A stretch of 63,893 bases of DNA, the filler included, from Octopus bimaculoides (taxonomy: Eukaryota): NCBI RefSeq assembly GCF_001194135.2. It is 4 parts of 3 records of this genome, joined end to end, with 100 filler letters (N's around TTAATTAATTAA, not from the genome) between each part and the next. Parts side by side here need not be neighbours in the genome. Positions count along the whole stretch, not along the records: positions 1 to 26,640 come from NC_068989.1; 3 more parts are not named here. One strand, written 5' to 3'. Position 1 is the first letter of the stretch. Each line of letters begins with the position of its first letter. A model generated the notes under the pieces. It searched no databases, had not been told where the DNA came from, and saw nothing but the letters and a program-made list of their open reading frames with translations. Shown here piece after piece: positions 11,165 through 22,563 of the stretch. Position numbers and translations under genes: made by a program.

Positions 11165-13249
11165 GAACAAATTCAACTGTTTTTTATGAAAGAGGGTGAA
11201 ATTTGTTTATCTCCACATTGTGCCAGATGGAAGGAATAAGTAGAATCTCTAAGAGTAGTAGTTCAATGGCCTAATGAGGAAACATTAGAAAAAGTCATGA
11301 AATTATTATTGTTCGCAAATCTGTACTCCGTACGTAAAACATCTAATACCGTACAGTTACATTTCTCAGATCCTGCTATAACAGTAAATATTGCAACACT
11401 ACATAGAATATAAAGAATAGTGGAGAAAGCACCTAGTGACGCGCTCTGCAGGAAAACCAAATAGTAAAGTTGCTGTTAATGCAATGAGCCCAAGGAATTT
11501 TAATTAAATTTACATCCTAGATATGGAAAACAAATCCTTAGCTTCATTATTAATTCTAGTTAATGTATTGCGTGTGTGTGCCTGCACACACGCGTGCGTA
11601 TGTGTGTGCAGGCACATGCTCATACGCTCATACTCATACGTTCATGTCTATGTATATATATGAAGTCAACTTTATCCAGCAGTACTGATAAGAACTACTC
11701 TTCACTGAGGAGGCCTAATAAGGTTGAAACATGTCAGAGGTTTTATTGTACTGTCACGAACAGACTCAATTCCCATGTTCTCATGCAGTTGTTAATTATT
11801 CTAATTATAATTATTTCGTTTATTATCCCTATCTTTGTTAACCGGTTTTACTCATTAAACAAATTATTCTTTCTCCTCGCCTCATGTGTAATTTTAATTA
11901 ACCAATATTTCTTGATTTACTGCATTTTTGTCGTAGCACTGACTGTAAATACGAAATAGTTCGGGTTGTTAATAACACATAGCAGGTGTTCATTGTTAAT
12001 AAGTTATTAAGGGATCTCTGTAAAATAACCTATTAAAATAACCCCTAATAAAGTGTCTAAAAAAACCATATTAGAAATAAAGATTACGTCAACGATGCGA
12101 TTAATTCTATTAGAAACTACATTTACAATAACCAACAGCAAAGAATTGTCTTTGACGGAGTGTAGCCTATTTTCAACGTATTTCGCTACAGTTCTTATGA
12201 ATATTAGTTTTCAGCAATTATTAATGCTTTACTTCCCTTAATGAAGCCTCTATCTATTGTAGTCAGCTTTTAGATAACAGATAGCATTATCTTTGCATGA
12301 ATCTTTGTTCTATGGCCTATTGCTCTAGAATGTTGCTACTGACCTTGTCTCTCTGTTAATCTTCGCAGACATATGGCATGTGGGAAGTGTCTAAATACCA
12401 CATGCTGCTTATAACCTAATTTTGTTCCAGTGTAAAACTTTGAAATGTGTAAACGATTATTCTATAATTGTGATAAAGGCCAATAGGATGATGGGTATTT
12501 TTTTCCCTCCTTTTAATATAATTCATCCAACGCTTTACCCAGGAAAGCTGTTCCGACAATACACAATGAAAACAACAGTTAATCACTGTTTCACTCATAT
12601 CGAAAAGATTCCATTTTGTTTTATTTTAGAAGGCTAAATTATTATTTTAGCTTGTTTCCTTGTTTTGTTTTGTTCATTGTTTAATTTTGTTTTCTTCATT
12701 TCTTGAAGATGCTTTATTATTTTAGCCATTTTCGTTTTTTTGGTTAAACTTTGTTATAATCAAAAGTAAATATATTTTATTTTTTCTAGTTATATACACC
12801 AGACACGATAAACAGACTGTAATCTTTCTCTGCGTCACTTACAGACGTGAGGGAAATGCGGTGCCTACAACTTAGAAGAGTTAAAATGGTCTGCTTTCTG
12901 AAACAGTTACTCTTCAACAGAACTAACATAGACGGCTTCTGCGTTATTACTCAACATGCTAGAAATAGTAACGAAATTTCCTTCAAATTACACCGTGCCC
13001 ATATATAATGTAGTCCGAGATACATCGTAAGAGATACATCTTTAGGTCTGCTCGATTAGACTAACTTTAGGCTAAACAACAACTACTGTTGCTGCTCTGC
13101 TGTTGCTTCTGCTGCTGCTGCTGCTGCTACTACTGCCACTACTACTACTACTACTATCACTACTGCTGCTGCTGCTGCCACTACGACAGTGTTCTCATCG
13201 TTTTACTATATATTACATATTAGTAGAAATGAATCGATTCTTGTATTGT

Positions 13250-13460
13250 AACCAGGGCCTCCGAGGGAAATTTTGCAAAACAGAAAAAGATTGTCTGTAG
13301 GCGATGGTGTTGAGGGGTCTCTTTAAATTCAAGGCTGGAAGATGATATTAAAGGGTCCTCCATGGTCTTCCGGGTTTAGACCATATTACGTAATATACGT
13401 CTTTACTTGAAATCCTTACGTTGTCTCACTAATGCAGTAGATAATTTCATCTCCTGTGAA
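13250..13460 (-). mobile_element. Possible CR1-like LINE 3' remnant
   Basis: GC-richer block; the minus strand gives degenerate DEIIYCIS-like text resembling CR1 C-termini (from memory). Confidence 0.3.
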
Positions 13461-13602
13461 AGTATTTTTTTGCAATATTATTTAACACAATTTTAAACCA
13501 CAAAGATGAGCGAACAGACGCCTGTCTTACTAATCATGATCTTGAGTATCCAAAGTCCTTTTTCTTTTCTCTTTTTGTCACTTTCGATATTACTTTCACT
13601 GA

Positions 13603-13810
13603 AGGGCGATGAGCAAATAGAATCGTTAGCACGCCGGACAAAATGCCTAGCGGTATTTTGTCCGTTTTTACGTTCTGAATTCAAATGCCAACGAGATCGA
13701 TTCTGTTTTTCCTCCTTTCGGGATCGATGAAATAAGTATTAGTATAGTACTGAGGTTGAGGAAATCGATTAGCCCCCACCCTATACAATTTCAGGCATTG
13801 TTCCTAAATA
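13603..13810 (+). mobile_element. SINE family A, diverged
   Basis: …gaatcgttagcacgccggacaaaatgcctagcggtatttt…cctttcgggatcgatgaaataagta. Confidence 0.85.
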
Positions 13811-14559
13811 GAAAGGATATTGCTTTCATTGTAAGTTATATATTATTTTTTACTTATTGTAGATACTTAACCTCGAGTAATTGCTGAGTAAGCGCATACT
13901 GTGTATCTTGGACTACCTTATCCAGTGTAGCTTTCTAGAAATAATAGGATGTGATATGGTGGAATATTTGTTATTATGTTTTGCAGGTCAGCAAATAATT
14001 ACAGACATCCCCTAAATTATCATTTAATAGTTTAAACAATTTTAGCAATTATAATGAAACAACCCTAATATGTATCTTCTATCTTTTTGCCTTTTACCTG
14101 TTTCAGTCATTGAAGTGCAACTTTGTCGAAGCACTGCCTTGAGAGGTTTTAGTCGAACAAATCGTCAAGCTCAGGGTTCTCTGAACATTAACGACATCAA
14201 ATATACTAGCTTCAGTGGGCCTACAAAAGTCATGGGCATTTCTTCCTACAGACTCAGCAAATAGATTTAATAAGGTGTATTGGCATGGTTATCAGATCAA
14301 TTCCATGAAAAGAAGTAGCACAAAATTTTCAAAATGTAGCAGATAATGTTAGAAACAGCCCGAACAAAAAAAACAACTTTACTTCCATTTACAACTCTCT
14401 TATAACATCCTTGAGCAAACAGTCTTAGAGCGAACAAAATGGAGATCGTCATTTCAAGATGATATAAGAGACTTTGTTTCAACCAGCATTAACAGACTAA
14501 GAGGTTGATGAACCGTAAGACGTGTGGCTAGAACCTCCTGGAAAATAACCATAGCGAGG

Positions 14560-14860
14560 GACATTCTACAGTTGAATTAGAGCAGTCACAAACAGTGATA
14601 GGCGTGAAGAAGACAAAGATTAAGTGGCCGAAAGCAAATGACGCAGCAAGTTATTAAAAATTCGACAACGAGGTATCAAGAATGACGCTGACACTCGTTG
14701 ATGCTGCATCGAAGAGGCCAGGGAATAGAAGAAAGAAGACATGCACCCAACACCAGAGCTGAAGACACCTCCGAAAGGGGGGGGCGCCACGTCAAAACGG
14801 TAGAGGAGTAGGGGCCGAAACTGGACGTGGTTCCTCCTGATGATGTCTTGAGCTAACTGG
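14560..14860 (+). mobile_element. Possible Hero/R2-like (REL) LINE remnant
   Basis: KIKWPKANDAASY*KFDNEVSRM resembles the pre-RT 'KWP.AN…FD.DV' motif recalled for Hero-clade elements; unverified. Confidence 0.35.
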
Positions 14861-14869
14861 ATCCTATAA

Positions 14870-15095
14870 AGGAGCTGTTGTGGCAGCAGACCACGAAACA
14901 TGGCTGAAATTCCCCCACCACCTGCACTGACCAGTAATCTTCACACTTGCGACATTTACGGACATCTTTACAAATCGTTGGTCGGACTCAAATGTCACAT
15001 TCGACATAAGCATTATGACTGACAAAGAAAGTGTAGGTTGCTGGATCTTCATGCGTCGAAACCGACGAGAGAGTCTATCATCATCATCATCATCA
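14870..15095 (+). mobile_element. RTE-like LINE 3' end with degenerate C2H2 finger and (ATC)n tail
   Basis: AADHETW… then LHTCDIYGHLYKSLVGLKCHIRHKH*, a short 3' UTR and atcatcatcatcatc. Confidence 0.65.
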
Positions 15096-16019
15096 ATTAT
15101 ATATATAATAATATATAAATATTATGTTAGGGAGTTACAAAATCCGAACTTATAAGGAAATACAATTTAATAATATCAAATTTAGTTGTATAATGAAAAA
15201 TATTTTAATAATTTAGAGAAGAACCACCATGGTGCAACTCACACGATGAAGGAGATCAGACACCATCAAGAAAAGCGTACTATACAAAATACTAGTTTAA
15301 AAATCTAAAAAATCCAAGAGAAAATTTGTAATACATGAAATCTATGAAATATTGGACTAAAAATTTTAATCAGTTTAGTAAGTTTATAAAAACGAAAGTG
15401 GATGAAAAACTACGCGCGTTTCATGGCCACATAAAAGTGGAAAATATCTGGTCAATCTACCATGAATCGATCAAGATAAATACATATATATGCATACAAG
15501 TCGTTTCTGTTTTGCTAAGTTGATCATTTATTACAATACCTACATGATTATTACCTTTAAAACTTTAAGTTTTCGAAAGAAGTAGCCCATATTAAAAACA
15601 TAGCAGCTCACCCATGCAAACAGCGTAATCTACAATTTGCTTTAATTTCCAATTCTGGAATCTTGAGTGTTGGAAGGCTGAGTATAAAATTGAGCAATCT
15701 AAACTGGGGGTAAAGAACTTAGTGTAAAAGGATTAGATTACTTGTTTCATTGATAACAGTTCGATGAACTTTTAGTTATCTATATTAATATTAAACGCTT
15801 TTCACATACATAGAATGCTAATACATGCTACCCGCAAGTTTCCATTTTTTTTTACTCTTTCAAAACTTCTATAATACTAAACAGATTGTTCGATATTTGT
15901 ACTAATTTTGAGAGTAATTCAAAGCTAGGTACATACTATGCAAGACATAAATCAATGTAACTGACGGTGAAAATTTGTAAAAGGAAAAATAATAGTAACA
16001 ACAATTAATAATAATAATT

Positions 16020-16615
16020 TCAAATTTTGACACAAGGCCAGAAATTTACAGTAGGAGTTGTTAGTCGAATACATCGACACCAGTCTTCAACTGGTAATCC
16101 TTTTATCGGCCCTGAAAGGATGAAACGTAAAGTCGACCTTAATAGAATTTGATGTCAGAACATTGAAGACCAGAAGAAATACAGATAAGTGTCTTGTCAC
16201 ATGCGGTAATGATTCTGCCAGCTCACCGACATTAATTATCCTTTCTAATATAGGCACAAGGCCTGAAATTTTGGTGAAGGGGATAGTCAATTACATTGAC
16301 CCCAGTATTCAACTGGTACTTATTTTATCGATTCTATAAAGGATGAAAGGAAATACCGACCTCGGCAGAATTTGAACTCAGAACGAAGCGACAGGCGAAA
16401 TATCGCTGAGCATTTCACCCGGCGTGATCACGATTCTGCAGCTCGCCGACAGTGGTACTCCTTTCTACTAAAAGCACAAAACCTGAAATTTTGGAGGAGG
16501 GGTTTTGTCACTATTTTCAACCTCGGAACTGAACTGGTTTTCTTTGACTGAATCCGAAAGGATGAAAGGCAAAGTCGATCTCAGCGTAATTTGATATCAG
16601 AACGCAATCAAAAAT
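16020..16615 (-). mobile_element. Three tandem SINE A copies
   Basis: aaagtcgacc/aaataccgacc/aaagtcgatc cores at about 16130, 16350 and 16570, each preceded by a gaaattt tail segment. Confidence 0.85.
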
Positions 16616-17018
16616 TCTGCTATCCATTCTACCTTAGAGGACCGAATGCAATAAATTCTAGGCCAAACCTTTCGATTATTTTATGACGTTTACGTGACTA
16701 TCAGCGAAAAATTTAACCGGCCTTCAATATATTTACTATATTGAAAAGAAATGTTGTAAAGTAATGTAGAGTGATACTAGGTTCCAGAAGATTTTTGTGT
16801 GACACACATGTTCGGTTCCCAGTGGCAGGCCATTTAATTACACTTCTCTGTTATAATTTATGCAATTATGACTCAACCATGCTTAAATGTTTAGAGGTAA
16901 TCTAGCAATCTATTAAGGGATTCCTGCACTAAGATTTATACTAATGCACTAAACCTACTGTGCTGCACTTCCACAATGACCCAACCCACTGCCAGATCTC
17001 TCTCTCTCTCTCTCTATC

Positions 17019-17057
<39 letters not shown>

Positions 17058-17080
17058 GTCTTCCCTTCTCTTTCTCACCC

Positions 17081-17135
<55 letters not shown>

Positions 17136-17529
17136 TACACTCTTACATGGAAACACACACTCACTTACGTAGACACAAGCACACAGGTATACACAGGCAC
17201 ACACATACACGCACACACACAAATGTACATCAGCTTCGTATTTGTATTGCATCTGTTCCACAGTCTCACTCACCTTAGACTTTGTTTTTGTTATCCAACG
17301 TATAGCTACCATCGTTGAAGATGTAAAAGGCAGCTTGATGCAGCTGATCATCATCTCTAAAGCTAAACACACATTTATACTCCAAGTTGACTTCATTCCA
17401 GCAACCAAACCAAGATAGGAAATATCATGTTTCATTGTCTGTGGCTCCGATGTTCTTCATTTCCATCCACCCCACACACGTTTGGATAGGTATATATAGA
17501 CGTCCATACAGACACACGTGGATAATATA

Positions 17530-17750
<221 letters not shown>

Positions 17751-19446
17751 AATGTATTTATGATTGCATGCAAGTATTTGCTACTGAAACTTCGTGAACC
17801 GTAAATCACGTTGCCGATTATTCAAACGATATAGTGTAGCCAGACTGACAATATATATGTAAAAAAAAACATTCCAGAACAAATCAAAATATCATTAGTT
17901 ATCGATATTCCTGTGGTCACCGTTAAAATGTATCGCACATCCATTCATTCACCTATCATGCACAAATCACGTGTTATATTCAACTATTCATGCACAAAAA
18001 TCATGCGATATGTTCATGTCATTACGTATCATAGACATAAAACACAAGAAAAGAATAGAGACAATAATTGTTATTGCAAGTTATGTGTTGATAAATAAAT
18101 TTAAATTTTGTTTTTTTATATAACCATCTTTCGGCGTATCAAAAATCTCTTTTGCAAGAAATAATGTTTTAGCCAGGTGGTAGTTGGAAATATCTCATTA
18201 AATAGCAACGGCACTGTCTGCAACAATATTCCAATTCTGACCTTTTGCTCAAAATTACAAAAGCTTGTAATGAAATGGTATACTTCTTGAAGCGATAAAA
18301 TTTGCACCTTCTAGAGCTATCAATTCAGAGAACTACTTTGTAGTTTTCAATAGCGGATCAATCGATTTTATGATTGTTAATATAATTCTTTACATTCTAA
18401 GTATATTATGATAGTGAGGTAGCGAGGTGTATTTCTGGGTGATTTGATACATACATTACTTGTAAGAGTCACGTCGTAAAGGAACTTTCAATAAGCCCTC
18501 TATAGTTTTTGGTTCACTGTTCTTAGCAATAACTTTAGAACATTAAATTAATGTTTTAGAGAGAAAATACCATTGACATGACAGATATACTGATTGTTGC
18601 AATTATATAGGGACCAGAAATTTGGCATGTTCGTACAGGAGAACGTCGTTTTTTGTTTGTACTAGCTATAGAGATAGCAGAAATTTTTATGCAATCGTAG
18701 CTCCTCCTAACTCTCTCTTTATATCTCTTTTAAAGACCGAAAAATATCTATGGTCTGCCATACATACCTATGCATAGCTATGCATTAAAAAGAACCTAAC
18801 ATCATATACACAAAATCTCGATGACATATTTTTATAGAAAGAATTCTGAACTTTTAATAAAATATATAGGCACCCTAATTCTTTTTCATGTATTTTCCTC
18901 ATTTGTAAATACATACATACACTCATATAATAAATATCTATTTGTTTATAATGGATAAATAAGTATTTGGTTATGTCTTCTGAAATTTTTATTTCAAAAT
19001 TATCCGGTGGTTGTAGATGTTGCTAAATATGAAAACTTTTCAGTTATTACTCAATAAGGTTAATTCCTGTAGAAGGGTTTATTGTTATATGAATAGGTAA
19101 TTAACTATTGCCACGTAAAGTATCTAAGTTTCTATTAAGCATTACGTAGAATTATTACCTGTAGTTTTTATCGTTTGTTATCTATTAAGCAGTTTTTGTT
19201 CTTTAGATATCTAGTGACGTCATCAATATTTATAGATAAATATACTCATCTTTTAGATTGTTTTTTTCTTTTTCTGTGTAGATTTCGAATTGTCAAAAAA
19301 TATGGAATTAGTATGGTAGTCTTTGTGTTTCATTTTTATCTAGTAAAGTAGTCGCTCTTGGTTGACTGAATGAATGGCTAAAGTTAAATTTGGTTTGGAG
19401 TTTCTTTTTGTTAGCGCTTTTTAACAACTAAAATTTGTTGAGATGT

Positions 19447-19820
19447 TCAGTTGGAATCGAAGCATCAAACCTTGCTGCTAACTCACGCATAGTTTGAGAT
19501 GTATCCGCTTCCACTACAGTTTCCATCTCATCATTATCTACCTTGGTCTCAGGTCTACCACGGGGCTGATCTTCAAGAGCAAAGTCACCAGACCGGAACT
19601 TCTCAAGCCATCAGCGTACAGTGCACTCATTCACCACATATTCACCGAACATCTCATTGATGTTTCGAGCTGTCTGGGATGCATTGATTTCACGACGGAA
19701 CTCATATTGATAAACACCACGAATTTTTGATTTCTCGATGGGTTCACAAAAATTGATTTACAAGAGAAAACTCACAATATAATCAGTCACCATGAATTGC
19801 ATTTCGAAAAGTGATGATGT
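19447..19820 (-). mobile_element. Mariner transposase pseudogene, N-terminal HTH part
   Basis: KSKIRGVYQYEFRREINASQTARNINEMFGEYVVNECTVR*WLEKFRSGDFALEDQPRGRPETKVDNDE…RELAARF, a Mos1/Hsmar-type HTH; abuts a gap. Confidence 0.85.
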
Positions 19821-20242
19821 NNNNNNNNNNNNNNNNNNNNNNNNNNNNNNNNNNNNNNNNNNNNNNNNNNNNNNNNNNNNNNNNNNNNNNNNNNNNNNNN
19901 NNNNNNNNNNNNNNNNNNNNNNNNNNNNNNNNNNNNNNNNNNNNNNNNNNNNNNNNNNNNNNNNNNNNNNNNNNNNNNNNNNNNNNNNNNNNNNNNNNNN
20001 NNNNNNNNNNNNNNNNNNNNNNNNNNNNNNNNNNNNNNNNNNNNNNNNNNNNNNNNNNNNNNNNNNNNNNNNNNNNNNNNNNNNNNNNNNNNNNNNNNNN
20101 NNNNNNNNNNNNNNNNNNNNNNNNNNNNNNNNNNNNNNNNNNNNNNNNNNNNNNNNNNNNNNNNNNNNNNNNNNNNNNNNNNNNNNNNNNNNNNNNNNNN
20201 NNNNNNNNNNNNNNNNNNNNNNNNNNNNNNNNNNNNNNNNNN
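19821..20242. other. Assembly gap (others: 33982-33991, 35838-35847, 39631-40227, 48987-49083, 55301-55934, 61201-61966)
   Basis: N runs. Confidence 1.
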
Positions 20243-20277
<35 letters not shown>

Positions 20278-20967
20278 GTATAACATTGGCTTCATATACG
20301 TACACTATCATTCATTGTTTTTTCAAAGATGTACGCACAGTTATATCTAAGTAGATACATGTGTGTATACACAGCTGTTCGGCATTTTTATTATTATCTA
20401 TACATGATGGACTGAGCAGATTCAACAGCTGAGCTAAAGAGATGACACACCCTCGATGTTAAACACGTCAATACTCCACCGTGAAGAGGTCATCATAATG
20501 AAATGTTGAACGTTTATTACATAATTTGTAGTGACATCTGTAAAGTAGGCTATACAATATAAACTACGGTGAGTGGATACTATTAATACAGCTAAGAACT
20601 GTTGGAAACTTAAAAATAAGCTATTGACAAAAGCATTTTCATATAAAATATTTACCCAGCAAGTGGTAAAACCATTGCATCTACTGACACTGTTGTAGCA
20701 TTACAGAATCGTTTGTAGTTAAGTTAACCACTTTGATGTGATTACATGAACATAGGGTCTACTGGTTGTTAACAGCATGTGAACAGAGCTAAAACTGTAT
20801 TCAGTGAAACAGCTCATGCAGACCATAAGCATTTTCAGTCTGAGTGTTCGTATTACAGTGACGACGGGTTGAACTTGGTACTGTAAGATAAACGATAACT
20901 TTGAACAGGATAGTGATCCAGACACCTGTGGTCATGTGATTAACCTAGTCAATATTTATATTTGCAG

Positions 20968-21092
20968 ATAAGCCCGTGAGAGTCCAGAGCTTGTGCTATC
21001 GATACAGCGCATTATGGGTTGAAGGATACAAACGGAGCCAATAAGAAGTTTCAAATGGTATAACAGACCGGAGCGCTGACAACTAAGAAGAG
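20968..21092 (+). other. Candidate plus-strand exon (125 nt; stops in all frames)
   Basis: Acceptor tttatatttgcag| and donor GAG|gtgcgt. Confidence 0.35.
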
Positions 21093-21614
21093 GTGCGTCA
21101 AAATGTTATTCACTCTTCCTAGAAGAAAGCTCATGATTCTTTCCCATTATATTATTCTACAAACATGTAGCTGTATGAGTATTTTCTTAGTTTTTACTGA
21201 GAACTATTTTTTTTTCTATGAAACGAGAGAATCATTTCTCCCTTTCAATGGATGAACGGAAAGAGCCCTCATTATTGGAGTTGACAAAAAGGAAGAAAAA
21301 ATACTGTTTATACATTTAATTTTCCTTTTAGCTTTTCAATTGTCCGCTTGTTTTATAAAGAGAATATTTTTGTGAAAGTATTCGATTATGACCAAGAGTG
21401 AGCTTGAATAAAACTTGTTTCCGGGTGAATAATTCGTAAAACAATGTAATTTTCATAAAAGTCAACTGCCACTCCTTGAATTTACACCACTATTTGCCAG
21501 TATTATTATAGCAAGAGAAAAAATGTTTTACTTTACTATAACACAGGATACTCTGCACAAGTAGGGCTTTTCATGAAACAAATTTTAATGAGTCTTTATA
21601 TATATATATATATA

Positions 21615-21795
21615 GTTGTAATTTACGGAAAAACAAAAGACGAAGACAGGTGTATAAACAACAAGCAGGTGTATTAGTTTGTCGCTCGGGAAGGTGAGGA
21701 AGTCTTTTACGTTTCGAGCCTACGCTCTTCAACACAAAGGAACACGGGGAAATAAACAGAGAGAGAATTTTTAAAAAACTTGTGGATTAAGCGGT
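21615..21795 (-). mobile_element. Penelope-like terminal (pseudo-LTR) fragment within (TA)n
   Basis: Contains the minus-strand motif gtgttgaagagcgtaggctcgaaacgtaaaag, typical of PLE ends; (TA)n on both flanks. Confidence 0.55.
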
Positions 21796-22398
21796 CAATA
21801 TATATATATACTTTTAGATACACTATAATCGTGTGTTTAATATGTTATACACTTAAATATAAGTTATCATTACTCTCATTATTAACATAAGGGAAACATT
21901 TGTATATTTACATAAATATAGAAATCTAACATTACCTAACTATAGTAAGTTAAGTTAGATAGGTTGAAGTTAAATTAGTTTATGTATGAAAATATACAGA
22001 ATTGTGTTCATAATTTCACTTGGGACACTTTATTTTTTCTCATCAAATTAAAGCATTTTTGTTTTATTATTAATATATAGATAGAGGAATATTATTTCTT
22101 ACAAAATTGAAGCTAACATCCTATGCATCTGAACGGGAAGTTATATTTAAAACACTTTTTCTTAGTTTAATTTTGGTTTTATACCTTTAACATTAGACTG
22201 ATGCTGGCATTTTTAATTTGCGGCCAATGCTGATTTAAGAAACTGAAAAGAGTTCTTTATTCTGCAAATTTTATTTATTTGAATTTGAAAAATGTCCCAT
22301 CTAGTGATGTACAATGAATTCTGTGCTTTAATTAGGTAAAATAATAAGAAATCACTAGCTATACTAACAGCGGCGTCCAGCTGTTGTCAATTGCTTAC

Positions 22399-22563
22399 CT
22401 GATCTTCTTTTAAGAGTTACTTATCATGGGAAAATGATGGAATAATGATAAGGTTTGGAAAGCCAGTTCATGTATCTTCTGTGGAAGAATAATGATGAAA
22501 AATGCAAATGTAACTGTATACCAACAAGCATGCATAAAACCATTGTAAATGATCATGAACAAA
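22399..22563 (-). other. Candidate exon (165 nt)
   Basis: Very strong acceptor cttcttttcttattttacag| and donor CAG|gtaagc; every frame contains a stop. Confidence 0.65.

Noticed and set aside
19783-20350. Long ORFs spanning N-runs (also 39.5-40.4k, 55.3-56.1k, 61.1-62.2k)
   Set aside because: Length comes from X residues in gaps.
22399-22563. HACD/PTPLA-like YN-x6-W…FQT motif in the candidate exon
   Set aside because: Spacing to FQT is about 11 aa too short, there is a stop before the strong donor, and the phase is incompatible with the 25.5k exon.
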